Shown piece after piece: positions 10,341 to 18,450 of a DNA stretch of 32,000 nt (position 1 is the stretch's first letter; each line of letters starts with the position of its first letter). The position numbers were made by a program, and so were the translations under genes. The notes under the pieces are model-generated. The model had not been told where the DNA came from, ran no database searches, and was given only the letters and a program-made list of their open reading frames with translations. Location of the stretch: positions 570,001 to 602,000 of the forward strand of contig NZ_CP025989.1 in assembly GCF_003072485.1 (NCBI RefSeq). The letters are read 5' to 3'. Source of the DNA: Candidatus Fokinia solitaria (lineage in GTDB: Bacteria > Pseudomonadota > Alphaproteobacteria > Rickettsiales > Midichloriaceae).

Positions 10341-10426
10341 GGAGAGATGGCTGAGTGGTCAAAAGCAGCGGACTGTAAATCCGCCCGCATACGCGTTCGT
10401 AGGTTCGAATCCTACTCTCTCCACCA
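10341..10426 (+). tRNA. tRNA-Tyr (anticodon GUA)
   Basis: Acceptor GGAGAGA/TCTCTCC, anticodon loop CTGTAAA, long variable arm (bacterial Tyr type), T-arm TAGGTTCGAATCCTA, CCA encoded. Confidence 0.9.
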
Positions 10427-10629
10427 TTGCGCTAATTCAATCTTTGGCAGACTTCCCTATTTGAGATAAGAAGATGATAAGGTAGCGTAGCTTATAAGCT
10501 CGCAAGCACGTACTAATCCGCTCACTCATAACAACAATAGATTTGAATGATAAGTTACACTAGATGAAGGCTTTAGACTGCTATCTCATTATAAAGGAAG
10601 GAGAGTTTTGATCGACTACCTAAAGCTTC

Positions 10630-13600
10630 CTACTTATATAAGCTGCTTCTTAGATCGCAATTTGAGTATTTCTCGAAGAAAAGAGAAAGACGCTGAAATA
10701 TTGTTCCTTTCTTACCAACGCGTTCAAAATTGTTTACGCCTTTCTGCCATAGGTCTGTCATCCTTGTGCCAGTACATCGCATTTCTTCTGTTGCAAAAGC
10801 TTCTTGCATATAATCTTTCGTTTTTACTGGATCTAGCTTTTCTTCTTCTATGATTTTATTAAGCTCTTTCTCCTGACTCTGTGCGACATACTTTTGCCAT
10901 CTTTGTTCAATATCTTTATCAATTACAGCATCGGCATTTTTCTTCAACTGCTCTATAAAGCTTTCAATTAGTTCTCTTTTACTGTGTAATTCAGGACTAG
11001 CTTCGATCTTTCTGCGTATCTCATTTAACACTTCTTTATCAGAATAGCACTGATACTTTTTCAAAAGCTCAAAAATGTTATCAATATTGTAAGCGATTTG
11101 GTTTACAAAGACCATTTCAGCAGTAATATCTAGACTAATATCTTCTTTTTCAAGATTTCTATTCTTTTTATACTCAGCACAAAGGTTACTATACCGACCA
11201 AGATAATCTTGATAGATATCGTCTGGTAATCTTTCTTCAGCTTTTTCAAAGTCATCAAAAAAAGAAAGGGTATTATGAGAATGCAGAATACGAGCAAAAA
11301 TCTCACAAAATTCCCTCTTCACTTCTTCATTTTCAATACTTTGCTGTAATGGAAAACGCTTTTTTAACTGCTGAACTAAGTCAACATATCCTTCATGATG
11401 CTTTCCTCCTTCATTCCATCCTGAATAATAATCTTCGTATTTCCTTGCGAGAACAGTATTAGTTGACGCTTCATTACTAAAAAGACAAATAGCATCTTCA
11501 GTATTATCCCGCTGACTACGAAAATCAACGATTTGACCATAGCTTTTTACTGCACTAGAAATACGATTAGTCCGTGAGAATGCTTGAATTAAATTATGAT
11601 ATTGTAGCTTTCTATCAAGCCATAAGGTATTTACAGTTCTTGCATCAAATCCTGTTAAAAACATATCTACCACGATGAGTAAATCGATTTGACCATCTTT
11701 CATTCTTTTTGATAGATTCTGATAGTAAGCGTCATATGTACTAATGCTATAATCAGTTTTAAAGATTTCATTATACTCTTTGATCGCGACAGCAAGAAAA
11801 TCATTGCTATTCATTTCGCTGGACTCGTGTGGATTAGCATCGAGATCTTCATCAAGATCTTCATCAGATTTATTGCTTTCCTTTAAGCTATAGATGAGTG
11901 CTATATTCAAATCGGTCTTTGCTGCTTTAAACTGCTTATAATATTTTATCGCAGCATAGATTGAACCTACTGCAAAGATAGAATTAAAACCGTTCTTACG
12001 TTTCTCTTCTATATCCAAATTCTTATTTCGTTTTGTCTTTTGATCGAAGCGGCTAATGATATACTTCGTTATTAACGCTATACGGTTTGGTGAATAATAA
12101 GCACTCTCTTTATCAATACCAGGAATATCTTTCTCTTCTATATCATCTTTAGCTTTTAGGTCAATAGAGCAGTAATCCACCATAAATTGCAGAACACTTC
12201 TATCACTTATCGCATTCAGAATCGTATAAGCGTGAAGTTTTTGTCCGAAAATATCTTCGGTAGTACGAAACTCTGAAATACTGCTAGAAGAAGAATTCTT
12301 CTGAAAAATTGGCGTACCTGTAAATCCAAAAATGTGATATTTCTTAAAATTTTTCACGATTTCAATATGCGTTTTACCAAAATGCGAGCGATGACATTCA
12401 TCAAAAATTAAAATTACATGCTTGTTAAAAATATCGTGCTTTTTATTTTTAGAAATGAATATTCTCAATTTTTGAAGAGTGGTGATTATAATTTTTTTCT
12501 CATAACTTGTAGATAAGTGCCTTTCTAAACTTTTTGTATTTGAAGTCTGATTTACTGCATCTTTCTCGATATTATTATATTCTTCTGTCGTTTGATAATC
12601 TAAGTCTTTTCGATCAACCACAAATAGTACCTTATCTATACCATCTATCTCACTTGCAAGTTTCGCTACTTTAAAACTAGTTATCGTCTTTCCGCTACCT
12701 GTTGCATGCCAAATATAGCCATTAGCTTCCCTACAACCAAGCTGATTACTTTCCGTTGATGTACGAATTTTTTCAAGGATACATTCTATCGCTGCAATTT
12801 GATATGGACGTAACACACACAACAATTCTTTATTCTTTGAGTAATCTTTTCTAATAAGACAGTAACGAGTTAAAATCGAGAACAACGAATGTCTAGAAAG
12901 AAATGTTCTTGCAAAATCGGTAAGCTTCGCAATACGTGTATTTTGAGCATCCGTCCACCAATTTGTTACTTCATGAAATCCAACATTATCTTTGCTATAC
13001 TTTGTCTTTTCTGGAGTATTATTCGCATAATATTTTGTCTCTGCACCGTTTGAAATTACGAATATCTGCACGTATTCAAATAACCCATCATCACTACCAA
13101 AGCTTTCTCGCTGATAACGCTCAATTTGCGCGAATGCATCATAAAATGAAGCTGCATAACTTTTTAATTCAATGTGAACCAGCGGAAGACCATTAACAAG
13201 AATAGTAACATCATATCGATTCTTATGCTCTCCTCCAGCTTCGCATTGATCCTTATGCTCTCCTCCAGCTTTATATTGACTGATCACTTGCATGACATTC
13301 TCACCGAGATTGCCGTTTTTATCACTTTTATTAAGGATATAGATATTCTTCGTACTGCCATCATCGCGTTTCATACTGTACACGTAGTCCTCTTGCACAT
13401 TTTTTGTCTTTTCTTTTACTCCACTATTTTTTTTAGTTAGATATTCATTACGGTAATGTTCCCATTCATTATCAGTAAATTTTATCTTATTCAAAGATGA
13501 AAGTCGCTCGCGTAGATTATCCAAAAGTGCTCTGTTATTCTTAATAGATGGTAAGTATTCATATCCATTCTCTTCTGTCAAAATTCTTATAAGTTCAGCT

Positions 13601-13704
13601 TCGATCTCTGCTTCAGAGTCGTACTTTTTACCATCATTAGATGGCGTATACTCTTTAATAACAGTGCTTTTCTGAGTTTCCTTAACTGAATTAGCTCTAA
13701 TCAT
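10630..13704 (-). CDS. hsdR: Type I restriction enzyme R subunit (EcoR124-like, type IC)
   Basis: About 1024 aa. PD-(D/E)xK nuclease block [19 protein letters not shown] closely matches the EcoR124I HsdR block. Helicase motif I is HATGSGKT and motif II is FDECHRS. The ATG at 13704 overlaps the hsdS stop (TGATG), and a GTG at 13707 is an alternative start. Confidence 0.93.
   Translation of the reverse strand: [1024 protein letters not shown]
13210..13269 (-). repeat. In-frame 30-bp tandem duplication inside hsdR ([10 protein letters not shown] / [10 protein letters not shown])
   Basis: Two adjacent 30-nt units, 13240-13269 and 13210-13239. The first 18 nt of each unit (GCTGGAGGAGAGCATAAG on the coding strand) are identical, and 25/30 nt match overall. 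Confidence 0.9.
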
Positions 13705-14870
13705 CACATTTTCTTAAAAGTTAATAAATTATCACGATAGTACTCATATTGTTTCTTACGTGCTTCGATCTCGAATAGTAAGCCTTCTGAGCGATCATTC
13801 AGCATTGAATCAAATTTATCAAGAATTGAAACAATACGCTCTTGTTCCTCCATTGCCGGCACTGGAATTAAAAATTTCCCCATACTTTCTGTATTCACTT
13901 CTCTAACTTTAGTACCACATATATAACGTCTTTTTTGCTCTTGAAAGAATCGCGTTTGAAAAAAATACGCAACGTATTTCGGATGTAGAGAATGACGATA
14001 AATACACGCGTGATAACTAATTGCAATCTCATCTTTTCCAAGCCACGCAACTGCTTTACATACATCTCTATCATTTTCGCTTGTAGTAGCAATAATTAAA
14101 TCTCCAGTACATGCCATTCTTCCCTTCTTAGCAAAGACTTTTGATACAAATGACCTAGTACTATCTGTATGCGTACCGTAATAAGTATAGATCTCTCCAT
14201 AATGAATGCATCCTATACCATGAGTAGCAAAATCCTTTTTCTGCAATCCACTACTACAACGAATAAAACTGCCTATCGAAGCTAATGTCACTAACTGTGC
14301 ATCATGTTCACTAAATGTAAACAGTGCATCACGGTAGTACTCATATTGTTTCTTACGTGCAGCCAGTTCCGCAGCCAGTTCCGCTTCATACTTAGTAAAT
14401 GCATCCAATATCGTCACAATCTCCTTTTGAACTTCCATTGCCGGATAAAAAATCTTATAACAAGAATATTTTGAGAGCCATTGACGCGCATGATCTGAAG
14501 GAATATATCGTATGCACTTCATAGCGTAGTACACATATCTGAGATTTACCCCTTCTTTCGGAATAAGAATCTTCATCGCAGAGCTTTTTACTTTAAAAGC
14601 AAAATCTACCCACTGACAAGATGTAGTAAAATCATCAAATATAATAGAAGGAACTTCTCTACTCGCATGATAAACTCCATTCAGCTCATTTGTATATCCT
14701 AAGATGAAGCTCTTACCTGCAGTCAAAACGGGAATAGGAGAGGAACTATCATACTTTGTTGATTGCACAATATACTTATCAGGACGTATATAATCTAAAA
14801 CTTCACTTAATGCTCTATACGTGTTGTTATCTTTACAACATCTCGCAATTAATTCATCAATTTTATTCAT
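13704..14870 (-). CDS. hsdS: Type I restriction-modification specificity subunit
   Basis: 388 aa. Two variable target-recognition regions are separated and followed by conserved helices that both end in ARKKQYEYYRD. It overlaps hsdM by 8 nt and hsdR by 1-4 nt, which suggests translational coupling. Confidence 0.9.
   Translation of the reverse strand: MNKIDELIARCCKDNNTYRALSEVLDYIRPDKYIVQSTKYDSSSPIPVLTAGKSFILGYTNELNGVYHASREVPSIIFDDFTTSCQWVDFAFKVKSSAMKILIPKEGVNLRYVYYAMKCIRYIPSDHARQWLSKYSCYKIFYPAMEVQKEIVTILDAFTKYEAELAAELAARKKQYEYYRDALFTFSEHDAQLVTLASIGSFIRCSSGLQKKDFATHGIGCIHYGEIYTYYGTHTDSTRSFVSKVFAKKGRMACTGDLIIATTSENDRDVCKAVAWLGKDEIAISYHACIYRHSLHPKYVAYFFQTRFFQEQKRRYICGTKVREVNTESMGKFLIPVPAMEEQERIVSILDKFDSMLNDRSEGLLFEIEARKKQYEYYRDNLLTFKKM
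14359..14384 (-). repeat. 12-bp perfect tandem repeat x2 (plus a 2-nt partial unit) in the hsdS central conserved region, encoding (A)ELA-AELA
   Basis: The plus strand reads gcagccagttcc gcagccagttcc gc. The coding strand reads GGAACTGGCTGC x2, encoding ELAAELAA immediately before RKKQYEYYRD. Confidence 0.9.
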
Positions 14871-16434
14871 GCGACTTTTTACCTTCCAGTTTTGCTACAA
14901 TTGCATCAATTTGCGCACGCAACTCAGCTTGACGTTGCGTAATTTCTGCGATTTCCGCATTAAGCTCGATAATATCTACTGCGTCGTTCTCACTTTCTTT
15001 CTCTACATAAGCGCTTACGCTAACATTATAACTATTTTCTGCAACTTCATTACATTCCACAAGTCGTGAAAAGTGTTTCTGCTCAGTACGACCATTATAG
15101 CACTGCACAATCTTTTCTATATTAGATGTTGTTAATTTGTTCTTAGCTGATACACGTATAAATTCCGCACTTGCATCAATAAACAATATCTTACTATCTT
15201 TCGTTCTATTCTTTTTCAAAACTAAGATACATGTACCTATTGATGTGCCAAAAAATAGATCTGAAGGTAACTGAATAACGGCATCGATATGATTGCACTC
15301 AATTAGATATTTTCTGATCTTTTGCTCTGCACCGGCACGATATAACACGCCAGGAAAGCAGACAATCGCAGCTGTACCGTTTTCCTTGAGCACTGACAAC
15401 GAATGCATTACAAACGCAAGATCAGCCTTACTTCTAGGTGCTAGCGCAGTGGATGAAAAACGTGGATCATTAACTAGCTGTTGATCTGCATCTCCATTCC
15501 ATTTGGTAGAGTATGGAGGATTTGAAACAATTGCATCAAATGTTCTCTTATGCTGATATGGCTCTGTCAGAGTATCGCCATGCTCAATTTCAAAGCGATC
15601 ATAATCAATACCGTGCAAAAACATGTTCATACGACAGAGATTATATGTTGTGAGATTGATCTCTTGACCATAAAATTCTACGTTTCTCCCCATCTTTGTG
15701 AATTTGAGAAGCAATGAACCAGAACCACAAGCAGGATCATAGACACTATATACCTTTTCTCTACCATCGATAGCGAGATTAGCAAGTAACTCTGAAACTT
15801 CTTGCGGAGTAAAAAACTCACCACCTGACTTACCTGCGCTAGAAGCGTACATTCCCATCAGGTATTCATAAGCATCACCTGCACCATCGATTGTACTATC
15901 AGCATAATTGCCAAAATTTATAGCGCTTACCGCATTTATTAGCTTAAACAGTAACTCATTGCGCTTTCTTACTGTAGCACCAAGCTTACTACTATTAACA
16001 TCTATATCGTCGAATAATCCTTTTATATCACTTTCACTTTCTTTACCGATAGCAGATCTTTCAATACTCTGAAAAATATTTTGTAAAGTTTCGTTTAAAT
16101 TTTCATCTTTAGCAGCGCGTTTTTGTACGCTATCAAATAGCTGACTTGGAAGTATAAAATATCCTTTTTCCTCAGTAAAAGCCTCTTGGCACTCTCGCTT
16201 TGCTTCCTCATCCGTTAAACTCGCATAATCGAAAGCTTTTGCTGTATTCTGTCCCTTGTTATTCTGCTCGTTGATATAAGATACAAAACGTTCTGAAAGA
16301 AAGCGATAAAATATCATTCCAAGCACATATTGCTTAAAATCCCATCCGTCAACACTTCCGCGTAAATCATTAGCCATTTGCCAAATAGCTGAATGTAATG
16401 CGGCACGCTCTTGTTCTTTTCTATTATCTATCAT
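14863..16434 (-). CDS. hsdM: Type I restriction-modification N6-adenine DNA methyltransferase subunit
   Basis: 523 aa. HsdM N-terminal domain, SAM motif I DPACGSGSLL, and catalytic motif IV NPPYS. Confidence 0.95.
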   Translation of the reverse strand: MIDNRKEQERAALHSAIWQMANDLRGSVDGWDFKQYVLGMIFYRFLSERFVSYINEQNNKGQNTAKAFDYASLTDEEAKRECQEAFTEEKGYFILPSQLFDSVQKRAAKDENLNETLQNIFQSIERSAIGKESESDIKGLFDDIDVNSSKLGATVRKRNELLFKLINAVSAINFGNYADSTIDGAGDAYEYLMGMYASSAGKSGGEFFTPQEVSELLANLAIDGREKVYSVYDPACGSGSLLLKFTKMGRNVEFYGQEINLTTYNLCRMNMFLHGIDYDRFEIEHGDTLTEPYQHKRTFDAIVSNPPYSTKWNGDADQQLVNDPRFSSTALAPRSKADLAFVMHSLSVLKENGTAAIVCFPGVLYRAGAEQKIRKYLIECNHIDAVIQLPSDLFFGTSIGTCILVLKKNRTKDSKILFIDASAEFIRVSAKNKLTTSNIEKIVQCYNGRTEQKHFSRLVECNEVAENSYNVSVSAYVEKESENDAVDIIELNAEIAEITQRQAELRAQIDAIVAKLEGKKSHE

Positions 16435-16472
16435 TTTTTCATTTGAAAATGCGTATGTTTTAACTACTCGGA

Positions 16473-16501
16473 AAGATAAAAAAGACTGACAACGTAGTCA
16501 A
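16473..16501 (-). promoter_or_regulatory. Candidate sigma70-type promoter for hsdMSR
   Basis: On the minus strand the sequence reads TTGACT (16501-16496), a 17-nt spacer, then TATCTT (16478-16473). It lies about 40 nt upstream of the hsdM ATG. Such matches are common in AT-rich DNA. Confidence 0.3.
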
Positions 16502-16655
16502 GTAAATAAAAATACCATAAAGCAAAGCATATAATAGTACACTTACCAGGCTATTACTTCGAAATAGTCATGCTACAATACTCACCTGCTTGATGTCTTT
16601 GCATAGCGCAAAGTCAAAAATCTTACACCCTCACGCAGATCAATGGACATTCTAT

Positions 16656-18449
16656 CTAAGACTTGTCTTCTTCTATCTGAATAGCGTTATCTACATCAAT
16701 GCTAGATGCATTCTCATCATCACGTCCCGCAATTTTATACGCTTCTTGTTTAGGTATTGCAGTCTTTGGTAATAATCTTTCGGTAAATAGCTTATTTTTG
16801 TAATACATGATTTTCTTCGCTTTTATAGGAGGTTGCGATTCAATCAATATGATTTGTTCATCTCTAGGTAATGAAATCACTTCTTGAGGTAATAACAATG
16901 CCCTTTGCGTCTTAGAAACGCTTAAAGATCGCGACGACGGATTTAAATCGAAAAACTCTGGCTCACTCGAAGACACTTGTCTCGCACTTTTATTACCACA
17001 CAACTGCGATATAAGATTAGCAGTTTCCATATTATTAGCGGCAAATGTGATCCTATACGTACTATTTGAAAGAAAAGAATTCATTCCTGGTTCTTCATAT
17101 ATTCCTTTAAGCTGCTGCGTATCTTGCACTATCAGAAACAGCCTAACGTGATATCCTCTAAAGTAAGCAATTCCGTTCATAAACTGATCCATTCTTCCAA
17201 GAGTTGGAAATTCATCCATCAGAAACATCACTCCATATGGCTCATCTGCGCCTGGTAATTTTCTCGTTAAAAACTCAGTAGCTTGCTGATAAAACACTTG
17301 CATCAAAGATTGCAAGCGTTTTAAGTTATCAGGCGTTAGACCGACATATACCGTAATTTTCTCTCTTCTCATCACAGAAAAATTGAAATCACTAGTAGCG
17401 GTAGCAACGTCAATTAAAGGATTAGCCCATAACTCTAAAGCAGAGCTGAGAGTAGAAGCTACACCAGATCTTTCTTTATCCGCTTTCTGAAGAAATGCAG
17501 CGAGATTCATATATCCTACGGGATGTATTATCTCTCCTAACGTATCAAGCCCTACAGCAAGAGTGTACGCCATATCATCACTTCTTAACACTCTCGTAAC
17601 TTCTCCGAATGATAGTCTATCTCCCTTTGCTATTATATATAATGCTATTCCAAGGAAGAGAGTACGCGCTTCATTCTCCCAGAAATCTTTTTTAGCAAGT
17701 AAAAGATTCGCAATTTTTTGTATATCATCAATCATCTGTCCAGGTTTATCACTCACCCAATCCAGCGGATTATAGCAGTGCGTTATACCATCCGGATCAG
17801 CAGGATTCCATACAAATACTTTCTGCCCCGCTTTTTCCCTCCATCCGCTTGTTAATTCATAGTTCTCCAACTTAATATCATGCACAATGAGTGACTCTTC
17901 CCAAAAAAGAAGATTCGGTATCGCAAATCCTACACCTTTACCAGAGCCTGTAGGAGCAAAAAGTAAAGCATGCTGATAACCATCTGCAACATAAAGTCCA
18001 TCCTGATCTTCTCCGAGTAACATTCCATTTTTCTTTCTCAATCCCGCTTTCTCTATTTCACCTTTAGTAGCCCAATGAGCGTCTCCATAAATTGACTCTT
18101 CCTCTTGAAACGGACGTATCTCATGCAATTTACTTCTATAGCGAAATAGTAGAAAAAACTGCAAAAACATAGGCGCACAAATGGAAATGACATATCGCGG
18201 TAAGATATAATTATAACTCCAAAACGTTATAGCGCTGTAGTTGTTTATCATCCAATACATCATATCTAGTAGCATTGTGATATTTGCTTTTATACTTATG
18301 ATAGCTTCGATACTTGAAAGATTTGAATAATCTTGAGATATCATAAATATATAGCCAGAGACGTACAAACTCATACATATCGTACATGAGAGAAATACTA
18401 CGAGAACAAAAAAATTTCGTATGGTATTTGTAAAGCTCTTCATAGCCAC
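16656..18449 (-). CDS. virD4: Type IV secretion system coupling protein VirD4 (TraG/TraD family)
   Basis: 597 aa. N-terminal TM helices, Walker A FAPTGSGKGVGFAIPNLL, Walker B-like FLMDEFPTLG, IVQDTQQL block, and an acidic C-terminal tail. The track start at 18449 is GTG, and an in-frame ATG lies at 18443. Confidence 0.9.
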   Translation of the reverse strand: MAMKSFTNTIRNFFVLVVFLSCTICMSLYVSGYIFMISQDYSNLSSIEAIISIKANITMLLDMMYWMINNYSAITFWSYNYILPRYVISICAPMFLQFFLLFRYRSKLHEIRPFQEEESIYGDAHWATKGEIEKAGLRKKNGMLLGEDQDGLYVADGYQHALLFAPTGSGKGVGFAIPNLLFWEESLIVHDIKLENYELTSGWREKAGQKVFVWNPADPDGITHCYNPLDWVSDKPGQMIDDIQKIANLLLAKKDFWENEARTLFLGIALYIIAKGDRLSFGEVTRVLRSDDMAYTLAVGLDTLGEIIHPVGYMNLAAFLQKADKERSGVASTLSSALELWANPLIDVATATSDFNFSVMRREKITVYVGLTPDNLKRLQSLMQVFYQQATEFLTRKLPGADEPYGVMFLMDEFPTLGRMDQFMNGIAYFRGYHVRLFLIVQDTQQLKGIYEEPGMNSFLSNSTYRITFAANNMETANLISQLCGNKSARQVSSSEPEFFDLNPSSRSLSVSKTQRALLLPQEVISLPRDEQIILIESQPPIKAKKIMYYKNKLFTERLLPKTAIPKQEAYKIAGRDDENASSIDVDNAIQIEEDKS

Positions 18450-18450
18450 A

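Noticed and set aside
10264-10464. 66-aa ORF across the tRNA-Leu/tRNA-Tyr genes, and the similar 64-aa ORF at 26135-26329 across tRNA-Val/tRNA-Asp
   Set aside because: The sequence is fully explained by cloverleaf-folding tRNA genes. GC-rich tRNA DNA simply lacks stop codons.
10485-10503. Near-palindrome GCG(T)AGCTTATAAGCTCGC between the convergent tRNA-Tyr and hsdR, as a bidirectional terminator
   Set aside because: No U-tract follows it on either strand. It could still be a weak hairpin, but it does not meet intrinsic-terminator criteria.
16597-16613. Hairpin CTTTGC-ATAGC-GCAAAG downstream of virD4
   Set aside because: The stem is only 6 bp and no T-run follows it on the virD4 strand, so I did not call it a terminator.
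10427-16655. Direct repeat of the tRNA-Tyr 3' end, or an integrase, that would delimit the R-M cassette as a classical tRNA-inserted island
   Set aside because: I looked for the tRNA-Tyr 3' segment (GGTTCGAATCCTACTCTCTCC) in 16435-16655 and found nothing similar. No integrase or recombinase ORF is present. Island status therefore remains a hypothesis.
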